Assembly: GCA_963976765.1 (NCBI GenBank)
Contig: CAXBME010000047.1
Location: 1 to 36,333, forward strand
Source: an uncultured Planctomycetaceae bacterium
GTDB lineage: Bacteria > Planctomycetota > Planctomycetia > Planctomycetales > Planctomycetaceae
Length of the DNA stretch: 36,333 nt
Direction: 5' to 3'
Shown: in pieces, positions 1 through 7,378 of the stretch
Layout: each line of letters opens with the position of its first letter
Position numbering within the stretch: position 1 is the stretch's first letter
Program-made: the position numbers and the translations under genes
Notes under the pieces: model-generated
Database searches by the model: none
Seen by the model: only the letters and a program-made list of their open reading frames with translations
Told to the model about the DNA's origin: nothing

Positions 1-46
1 GTATGCCTCAGCTGAGTATGCACAAACGAGATGGCTCGCTGGTTCC

Positions 47-1909
47 TTACCCTACTGTTTGAGCCGCCAGGGTCGACGAATGTTGAAACAGCGACTTCAC
101 CGCTGAAAAGATCAGCCGACCAGACTCGTCGGCATTGTAGCCAGCCCCCAGACTGCCGACAGCAGCCAGCGCAGGCCGCAGCAAGATCGGATCGCGGTCC
201 GCCAGTTGTTCCTTCCACTGAGAGTAGGTCTTGCCACAGTACTTTGGTTCGATGCTGGTTCCTGACGCAGCAACCTTCGGCGCGGGTTCCTGTTCCAGAG
301 ACTTCGCATGGTGAATCTCGGCGACGAGCCGTGACCCTCGACTGATGACAAAGCGTTCGGCGGATACTTTGACAGAATCGGCTTCGCCCGGGATGACGAT
401 TTCGTACTTTCCCGAGTAAACGGACAGCGACGTTTTTCCCTGCTTCAGAGAAAGTTCTTCGTGCAGCCTGCCGTCCTTCAGCAGGTGAACTTCAACATTT
501 GGGACGTTGCATTCGACGACGAGTTCGCCTTTGTCGGTCTCGAGTCGAAAAACGATGGCGGCTGCAACGACCACGATCGCGATCAGGCCTTTTGCGACCC
601 AGCGCATTCTGGTGGGCGGATTGTTGGTACTTCCCACAGCCGCCGCGTCGTTGGAAAACGCCGGCCGAAGCGATCCCGGTGCAGCCCACGATGGTTGAGT
701 GACTCGTGCCGGGGCGGCTGCGGCGATCGCGATGGCCTGTTTCAGGTCATGATCGTTGGCGAATTTCTCCAGCGCTGCAGCGACGTCGCCGGGAGTTGCG
801 AATCGATCGTCGGGGTTTCGCGCCAGCATGCGGTCGACCAGGCAGCAGAACTCGAGATCAGCGTCTGGCAGGGCGTCGGCAAGTCGGGGTGGCTCTTCAG
901 TGGCCAGGGCTCTGATTCGAGAGAGCGGCGATCGGCGCTCGGATGTGGCGTACGGTGCGCTGCCGGTCAGCATTTTGAACAGTGTTGCTCCCAGACTGTA
1001 GATGTCCGCGCGGATGTCGACGTCGTGAGAATCGTTGCACTGTTCAGGAGCCATGTAATCGACAGTGCCCATCAACTGTCCGACGGTTGTCAACTCGCCG
1101 AGTCCTTCATGCTGATCGGCCAGCAGAGCAAGTCCGAGATCGAGGATTTTCACGTGGCCGTCTTCTGTGACCATCAGATTGGACGGCTTGATGTCTCGAT
1201 GAACCAGCTGCCGCTCATGCACGTGCTGTAGTCCGATAGCCGCCTGTCGAATGATCTCCGAAGCGTCGGCGATTGAGAGCGGACCGTGCCGGTCGACCAG
1301 TTGTGAAACGTCAAAGCCGTCGACAAATTCCATCGCCAGAAAGTGCTGACCATCGTCTTCGCCTGCGTCGGTGGCTCGGACGATTGCCGGATGGTCGAGT
1401 TTTCCGATCGCCTTCATTTCCCGTTCGAAACGTACAACGGCGTCGGGAGTTCCGATCCGACGAGTCGGCAGAAGTTTCAACGCGACGACTCGATCCAGCC
1501 TGGTGTGAATCGCTTTGTAGACGGTTCCCATGCCACCTGCTCCCAGAATCTCGATGAGTTGGTAGTCGCGTACGACATCGGGACAGTGAGCGTCGATATG
1601 GCTCGGCGATTCGGACGATTCAGAAGCGCCGGCTCGGCTGCTGGTGAGGGCTCCTTGAGGTGGCTGGTTCTGCAGCTTCGCCATGGCGGCGAGGTATTCC
1701 GGAGTGCCCGCGATGCTTTGAGAAGGCGGCAGGCGTAAGTGGTCAAGCATTGAATCCGCGGTTCCATCGAGTGAGGAAATCGTCTCCTCGCACGCCGCGC
1801 AGGTTTCGAGGTGAGACGCGACTCGCTCCCACTGTTCTTCAGGCATTCGCCCGAGTGCATAATCGCGAAGCTTGTCCGTCGACAGGCACTCTTTGAGTGA
1901 CTCGGTCAT
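47..1909 (-). CDS. Membrane-anchored Hanks-type Ser/Thr protein kinase with N-terminal zinc-finger (ZAS/zf-HC2-like) domain
   Basis: Kinase motifs GAGGMGTVY, VALK, HRDIKPSN, DLG, GTVDYMAPEQ, DIYSLG and MLARNPDDRF. N-terminal C8...H33LETC37AAC40. One hydrophobic helix (WVAKGLIAIVVVAAAIVF) followed by a beta-rich extracytoplasmic part. TAA at 47-49. Confidence 0.93.
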   Translation of the reverse strand: MTESLKECLSTDKLRDYALGRMPEEQWERVASHLETCAACEETISSLDGTADSMLDHLRLPPSQSIAGTPEYLAAMAKLQNQPPQGALTSSRAGASESSESPSHIDAHCPDVVRDYQLIEILGAGGMGTVYKAIHTRLDRVVALKLLPTRRIGTPDAVVRFEREMKAIGKLDHPAIVRATDAGEDDGQHFLAMEFVDGFDVSQLVDRHGPLSIADASEIIRQAAIGLQHVHERQLVHRDIKPSNLMVTEDGHVKILDLGLALLADQHEGLGELTTVGQLMGTVDYMAPEQCNDSHDVDIRADIYSLGATLFKMLTGSAPYATSERRSPLSRIRALATEEPPRLADALPDADLEFCCLVDRMLARNPDDRFATPGDVAAALEKFANDHDLKQAIAIAAAAPARVTQPSWAAPGSLRPAFSNDAAAVGSTNNPPTRMRWVAKGLIAIVVVAAAIVFRLETDKGELVVECNVPNVEVHLLKDGRLHEELSLKQGKTSLSVYSGKYEIVIPGEADSVKVSAERFVISRGSRLVAEIHHAKSLEQEPAPKVAASGTSIEPKYCGKTYSQWKEQLADRDPILLRPALAAVGSLGAGYNADESGRLIFSAVKSLFQHSSTLAAQTVG

Positions 1910-2085
1910 GGCATTCCCCAGAGGTTGGCAGATGTGATGGAAAGTGGTGGCTTCAAGGCCGCTTCACCAACCTCAACGAACGAGCGCGACAGCATTTCTG
2001 AAAAACGCAGTAAGATAAGAGTAACCCCTTTGATGGACGATGGTTACCGCGACAGGGTTCGGCGTCCGTGGCGGTGTCGGGCACG

Positions 2086-2694
2086 TCATTCGGGCAGCTC
2101 TCCGAGTTCCTCACGAAGACGTCGCAGGACGCGGGATTTTGCCTGTCGCACAGAATTAGCGGACATCTCAAGACGACCGGCGATTTCGGAAGTGGGCTCA
2201 TTCTCGATGGCTGATCGCCAGAAGGCATTCCACGTGCGGGGTTCGAATTCGGCCTTGACCATCTCCATGGCTCGATGCAGCAGGCCGCTGAATTCTCGCG
2301 GACTGGTGATCGACATTGAATCATCCGAAAGCTGTTCAGACATGGCTGCCAGTTCGGCATAAGCATTCGTTCCGCCAGCCGCCGCTGCGACCTGACGAGC
2401 CTGCTTGCGGCAGAAGTCACGTACCTTGTTTCTGGTGATTGTCCACAGCCAGCCGCGAAACGAATCGCTCTCTCGATTTTTTTCGAACTTGTGAACCGAC
2501 TTCGAAACCGACAGAAAGACGTTCTGCATGACGTCCGAGCTGTCTGCCGCATTGAGGCCAGTTCTCTCGCACCAGTGGTAAACCAGCGGTCCGTAGGTGC
2601 TGAGCAGTCTCTGCCAACCCTCTGGATCGTTTCGCCTCACACGAGCCAGCAAACTCGGCGATGTTGCACTGGCTGTTGACCGACGCGATTCCAA
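2086..2694 (-). CDS. ECF-type sigma-70 factor (kinase-associated planctomycete type)
   Basis: TSPSLLARVR..D..GWQRL, region 2 (DSSDVMQNVF...SFRGWLWTITRNK) and region 4 HTH (SEIAGRLEMSANSVRQAKSRVLRRLR). 202 aa, directly upstream of the kinase. The TTG start is uncertain. Confidence 0.92.
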   Translation of the reverse strand: MESRRSTASATSPSLLARVRRNDPEGWQRLLSTYGPLVYHWCERTGLNAADSSDVMQNVFLSVSKSVHKFEKNRESDSFRGWLWTITRNKVRDFCRKQARQVAAAAGGTNAYAELAAMSEQLSDDSMSITSPREFSGLLHRAMEMVKAEFEPRTWNAFWRSAIENEPTSEIAGRLEMSANSVRQAKSRVLRRLREELGELPE

Positions 2695-2886
2695 GTGGGT
2701 GCTGCTTTCTGATCGAAAAAGTGCGGACGTATCTGAGAGCGGACTTCCAGCGATGATCCATCTGAGCTGGCATCGTCGCGTTGGTCGGAAATCAATTCAA
2801 CAGTCGACCTGTTCGGAGTTCGAATGTGTTTCTGAATTCGGCCGTCTCATGAATTTATTCCATAGTCGTCGTGTATGCAGAACCAG

Positions 2887-2915
2887 CCGACAGAAAATAT
2901 GGTGCCCGTTATAAT
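2887..2915 (+). promoter_or_regulatory. Putative sigma70 promoter for the blaI-M56 operon
   Basis: CCGACA (2887-2892), 17 nt spacer, perfect TATAAT (2910-2915) in an AT-rich intergenic patch. A weaker TTGCGG-17-TAAAAA (2932-2960) is also possible. Confidence 0.5.
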
Positions 2916-2969
2916 TTTAGCGCGTTCCCTGTTGCGGGTGCGCTGTTGGTGCGTTAAAAAAGTAACGCA
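2905..2969. promoter_or_regulatory. Two operator-like palindromes, CGTTA-N6-TARCGC (probable BlaI-family autoregulatory sites)
   Basis: Perfect TGCGTTA-AAAAAG-TAACGCA (2950-2969) and degenerate CCCGTTA-TAATTT-TAGCGCG (2905-2924), 45 bp apart. Each overlaps a candidate -10 box upstream of a BlaI-type repressor. Confidence 0.65.
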
Positions 2970-3032
2970 TTCTGTAGGATACCCGGAACGACACATCAGG
3001 TTTTGTGCGTGACTCCTCACCAGGAATTAATG

Positions 3033-3416
3033 ATGCCCGAGCTTTTCGAACTCAGCCGACGTGAGCGGCAGATTATGGATGCGGTCTTCGCTCTGGGGGC
3101 GGCGACCGTCAAGCAGGTCGTTGAATCGATTCCTTCACCACCGACCACGATGGCCGTTCGCAGGATGATGCACATCCTCGAAGAGAAGGGGCACTTGCGA
3201 CGCAAAGGCAGCGGTCGTGAAGTGACGTACGTGCCGAGCCAGTCAAAAGGAAAAGCCGGACGTTCGGCATTGGAGCAGGTGCTCGAAACATTTTTTGGCG
3301 GGTCACTCGAAGAGGCACTGGCGGCTCATCTGCACTCTCGCAAGGACGGCGTTTCGAAAGAAGAACGCGAGCGGCTGATTGCTTTAATCGACCAGGCAAA
3401 GACGGAGGGCCGCTGA
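3033..3416 (+). CDS. BlaI/MecI/CopY family transcriptional repressor
   Basis: LSRRERQIMD..F..G.ATV..V, LEEKGHL and FFGGSLEEALAAHL. AGGA 7 nt before ATG 3033 (ATG 3030 is an alternative). Stop lies 1 nt before the M56 start. Confidence 0.93.
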   Translation: MPELFELSRRERQIMDAVFALGAATVKQVVESIPSPPTTMAVRRMMHILEEKGHLRRKGSGREVTYVPSQSKGKAGRSALEQVLETFFGGSLEEALAAHLHSRKDGVSKEERERLIALIDQAKTEGR

Positions 3417-3417
3417 G

Positions 3418-6400
3418 ATGAATCGCACAAGTCTTATCGCTGGTGCTGTGTTGAGTACGTCGAGCCTGCTGCTGGTGGATGCGGCCATCAAGGGCGGAAC
3501 GCTGCTCCTTCTGGCTGCTCTGGTCGCGCTCCTGTTGCGGCGGGATTCCGCGGCGACACGACATCTCGTGTGGCAGGTCTCGATCGTCGGGATGCTGTGC
3601 GTGCCGGTGTTCTCGGCGGTGTTGCCGCAGTGGCGGGTGCTACCAGCCTGGGCGGTTATTCCGCGTCTGGATTCGGATTTGACTTCGGCTTCGACTCGGA
3701 CTGATGCCGTGGAAGCGGCCCCGATCGAGGTCGTGGGAGCCGCTCCCGTGTTTGAGCCTCGGGCCGGGATGGAGGCCGGAGCAGCGACCTTTGAACCGTC
3801 GCCTGTCGTGGTCGAGTCGAACGATTCATCGCTGGCGTTTTCTCATCAATCCGCTGTTGAACTGCCGGCTACTGAGGAAGTCGTCGACGTGGTTTCCGAA
3901 ATTCCTGCTGAGTCGGCACGGCCTGACGGGGGGAGGATTCAGATGCTGCCGATCCTGTGGTTGATCGGATTCTCTTCGCTGATTCTGCGATTGCTGGCGG
4001 CCCGCGTGATGCTGTGGAGTGGCGAACGTCGTGGAACGATCATCGCGGCTTCTCAGAACACGAGTTTTGATGTTCGATCGGGGGACTCGGCTGACAGTTC
4101 AAGTGACGCGGCGATCCTCGATGCGTTTCAAACAGCGTGTCAGCAGGTCGGCGTTGTCCGGCCGGTGCGACTGCTGCTTCACGGCGATCGAACGATTCCG
4201 GTGGTCTGGGGAATTCTTCGGCACCGGCTGTTGCTGCCCGAGGCGGCTCTCGCGTGGACTCCGGAGCAGTTGCAGTCGGTGCTGCTGCACGAACTCGCGC
4301 ACATCAAACGTTGTGACGCGATCACTCAGTTGCTGGCTCAGGTGGCGTGTGCACTGCATTGGTTCAATCCGCTGGTGTGGTTGGCCGCGTGGCGTCTGCA
4401 TGTCGAGCGGGAACGTGCCTGCGACGATCTTGTGCTGGTCAGTGGTGTGCGACCTTCCGAGTACGCCGAGCACCTGCTGGATATCGCGACGCGACTCTCG
4501 CCCTCGCGATGGACTCAAGCCTGCGGGTTGGCGATGGCTCGCAGGTCGTCGCTGGAAGGGCGGCTCGTCGCAGTGCTCAGCGAGAAGCTGAATCGACGCA
4601 GCGTGCCCGCGACGGTCGGAGTGGCGGCGTTGATCGCTGGTATCGGGATCGCTGTGCCGGTCGCGATGCTGCACGCGACGGATGCGGTTACGCCTGATCA
4701 ATCTGTCGCCGACAAAGAAGACGACGAGCCTTCAGACCCACTGACAGACGACTCGCCGGTAGAAGACTCGCTGATTGATATCGAGGTGGCTGAAACAACG
4801 ACCGCGCCTTCAACTGCTGCTGCGGTTGTCACTCCAGACGGCGCTCCTGCAGCCGAGTTGAAGCCTGAGCACGAAGACGCGCAGAGACTGTTCAGGATCT
4901 GGCAGGAGCACGCTCGGACCGATGGGAAGATTCCCGGAGCGATGATCGGGCAGCTTGGTGAGTGGGTGAAGTATTTCATTGAACTCAACGATGGTGCCGG
5001 TGAAGGCGGCGGGCTGTCGGCAAAGTTCAAGACGCTGCTGCCGCGTTTTGATGCGACTCGTGACTGGACGCTGATCGAGGCGGTGGCACTGCTCGACGAT
5101 GTGAGCGCGGTTCATCGCATCCCGCTGAGCAACGCTCTGGCTGCGGCTGATGAGCAGGTGATTCGGCCCGGCGATCCGCTGCCGCCCGAACTGAAGAACG
5201 TCTCGTGGGGTGCGCGGGATGCCAGCGGGTTGCGCGTCGCGTGGTATCTGCAGCACGAGGACGACAGACAGATTCCGCAGGTCGAGCCTCATCACAATCC
5301 CGGCATCTGGCTGTTGGTGCCCAGTCCGCGCACGTACCAGTTGGGCAGCGTGTTCAAGTCCCGGATTCTGGTTCACAACGCCGGTGATCAGCCCGTGTTC
5401 TTTGTGATGCCAACGTGGCAGCAGTCATCGACTCACGCGGTTCAGGATGCCAAAGGAGCGGAGATCGAAGTCACCGCCGTCGAGTGGACGACGATGGCGC
5501 ACATGAGGATGTACCGGCTCGCGCCGGGGGCGTATCTCGAAACGAGTGCTCCCGGCATCGGTGTCGGAGCGAAGACTGACCGAGAAGACTGGGCCGGTCT
5601 GCGTCCCGGAGCGTGGGTTCACGCCAAAAAAGGTGACGAAGTCCGACTCACGCCTGGCCACGTGGAAGTGAGGGTGTCCCCATTCGTGGTCGGCACGCGA
5701 CATCTCAATCGCTTCCAGCAGCCGAAGAACGCAGCGGAACTGTGGGATCTGGTGGTTGCCGAACGAGTCAGTCGCGAGATGCCGATTCCCGTCGGTGCGG
5801 CGGATCGCGAGCAACTGCTGCGACGCGTGGTCCGCGATCTGTACGGCGTTGAGCCGGAGCAGAGTGAGATCGATGCCTTTGTGGCGGACATGTCACCCGG
5901 TGCCCTGCATCCCGTCACGAGCGAATTGATGGTCAGAGACCGCGTGAAGCACAACCGGGCGATGGTCTCGTTCACCGGCACGCTGCCGCCGGGTGAGCTG
6001 ACATTCCGAGTGCTCGCCGCCGACCCGAATGCGGGGAATCGAACTCGATTCGCGACCGGTCCGGGTTACTACATTCTGGGTGACAATCAGCGTCTGCATG
6101 TCGAACAGACTCGCAGCGGCGAACGGCGAGTGAACAAGGCGACGATTCGGTTCTTCTCGCCGAATCCTGAAACGGGCTCTCGGCCCGAGCCTTATGAACT
6201 CAAGCTGCCCGATGGCGTGAACACGTTTGAGATTCTTTGGGACCGTGGGTCCGGTGTGCTGTGGGTGACCCAGGAAGGACTGACACGCAAGTGTGACTTT
6301 ACCGATCCGGCCAGCGTCAAATTGACGACTCTGAAGCCTGGCAGCAATTCGGACGTTCCCAGCTTCCGTGACTCGTTGAAGAAGCTGCCCGCAGTTCCCG

Positions 6401-7005
6401 AGCTGCCCGGCGACCCGCCGCCGGGTGGCCCCAAACCAGAGGCGGGCACAAAACTCGAACCCGGCAGGGAGGCAGACTTCAAGTGGGGCGAGCCGGTCAA
6501 CGGGTTGCGAGCGGCACTCAGTCTGCGTCGGACACTCGACGAACCCGACGAACCCGACGATTTGTATGTCGTCATGCAGAATGTGTCGGACGCTCCGATC
6601 CATGTTGACAATGCGGCGGCAGACAGCCGCCGGTTGTGGATCCGGCTCAAGGGGGCCACCCAGATGGCGTTGAGTGCGAAGGACCCCGAGCGGGTCGATG
6701 TGATCCTGCAGCCTCGCGAAGTGGCGTTCGTCCGCGTGTTTTCGCCCGAAGCGGCCGGGCCGGATGGTCGTGCATTCTCGGCAGTCATCGCAGAGCGCGC
6801 GCTCAAGGATCGGAACTGGACGATGACCGTGGAGTTTGCTGTCGAACAGGCACCGATCGGCTCATGGCAGGGCAAGCTGCGGACGCCCGATACCAGCGGC
6901 TCTGAGGCAGCGAAAGCGACGGCGAAGCAAAAGACGACGACGTCCGAACAGTCAGACGAGTCCGTTGAGCAACCGGAAGGAGACTCAGTAAGGATCCGTT
7001 CATAG
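3418..7005 (+). CDS. M56 family (BlaR1/MecR1-like) membrane metallopeptidase/antirepressor with large uncharacterised extracytoplasmic region
   Basis: N-terminal TM helices, SAATRHLVW, zinc motif LLHELAHIKR (4288-4302 = HELAH), HWFNPLVW, ERERACDD, YAEHLL. No penicillin-binding domain recognised in the C-terminal ~770 aa. Confidence 0.92.
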   Translation: MNRTSLIAGAVLSTSSLLLVDAAIKGGTLLLLAALVALLLRRDSAATRHLVWQVSIVGMLCVPVFSAVLPQWRVLPAWAVIPRLDSDLTSASTRTDAVEAAPIEVVGAAPVFEPRAGMEAGAATFEPSPVVVESNDSSLAFSHQSAVELPATEEVVDVVSEIPAESARPDGGRIQMLPILWLIGFSSLILRLLAARVMLWSGERRGTIIAASQNTSFDVRSGDSADSSSDAAILDAFQTACQQVGVVRPVRLLLHGDRTIPVVWGILRHRLLLPEAALAWTPEQLQSVLLHELAHIKRCDAITQLLAQVACALHWFNPLVWLAAWRLHVERERACDDLVLVSGVRPSEYAEHLLDIATRLSPSRWTQACGLAMARRSSLEGRLVAVLSEKLNRRSVPATVGVAALIAGIGIAVPVAMLHATDAVTPDQSVADKEDDEPSDPLTDDSPVEDSLIDIEVAETTTAPSTAAAVVTPDGAPAAELKPEHEDAQRLFRIWQEHARTDGKIPGAMIGQLGEWVKYFIELNDGAGEGGGLSAKFKTLLPRFDATRDWTLIEAVALLDDVSAVHRIPLSNALAAADEQVIRPGDPLPPELKNVSWGARDASGLRVAWYLQHEDDRQIPQVEPHHNPGIWLLVPSPRTYQLGSVFKSRILVHNAGDQPVFFVMPTWQQSSTHAVQDAKGAEIEVTAVEWTTMAHMRMYRLAPGAYLETSAPGIGVGAKTDREDWAGLRPGAWVHAKKGDEVRLTPGHVEVRVSPFVVGTRHLNRFQQPKNAAELWDLVVAERVSREMPIPVGAADREQLLRRVVRDLYGVEPEQSEIDAFVADMSPGALHPVTSELMVRDRVKHNRAMVSFTGTLPPGELTFRVLAADPNAGNRTRFATGPGYYILGDNQRLHVEQTRSGERRVNKATIRFFSPNPETGSRPEPYELKLPDGVNTFEILWDRGSGVLWVTQEGLTRKCDFTDPASVKLTTLKPGSNSDVPSFRDSLKKLPAVPELPGDPPPGGPKPEAGTKLEPGREADFKWGEPVNGLRAALSLRRTLDEPDEPDDLYVVMQNVSDAPIHVDNAAADSRRLWIRLKGATQMALSAKDPERVDVILQPREVAFVRVFSPEAAGPDGRAFSAVIAERALKDRNWTMTVEFAVEQAPIGSWQGKLRTPDTSGSEAAKATAKQKTTTSEQSDESVEQPEGDSVRIRS

Positions 7006-7378
7006 CACGCATTGGTCGGGTATGTTCCGTCACCAATCACCAAAGGGCTTGCTGTTCGTGAATGTGTCGCTCGACAGTGGTTGCCTCGTGGTTCTCGGTC
7101 GTCTGGGATTAGAAGCAACCGCGACTGGAACCGCGAATCTCCCTGAAGGTCAGCGAGCAGAATTGTCGCAATTGGGCGGTGTGTCGTGAGGCGACAGTCG
7201 GCGAATGTGGGTTGACATCTCACAGCAAGCGATCGGAGGACCGCCACGTTATCAGCGATGAACTGGCATAGCCGGCGGTCAATGACAGATACTCTTTGCT
7301 GGAGGATTGAAGCTGCGTAAAAGCTGCCAGGCTGGCCAATGGTCTGCCGACGAAATTCAAAGTTCAGGAAACCTGCAA

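Noticed and set aside
2985..3011. GGAAC-N18-CGTG as an ECF promoter for blaI
   Set aside because: Short motif with long spacing, expected by chance; the group-specific consensus is unknown.
6538..6560. GACGAACCC short tandem repeat (DEPDEPDD)
   Set aside because: Only ~2.5 units of 9 bp within a loop; trivial.
3033..7005. Beta-lactam resistance locus
   Set aside because: No penicillin-binding sensor domain recognised and no beta-lactamase or PBP gene nearby.
6192..7247. 351-aa minus-strand ORF
   Set aside because: Antisense shadow of the M56 gene; Ser/Arg-rich, no motifs. The same applies to the other overlapping ORFs such as 461-1231, 16868-17623, 32084-32983 and 34407-35582.
7006..7378. 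Riboswitch or ncRNA in the 370-bp spacer; TGTCG..CGACA mini-palindromes; TTGACA at 7212
   Set aside because: No riboswitch consensus recognised, palindrome spacings are inconsistent, and there is no -10 box at the right distance.
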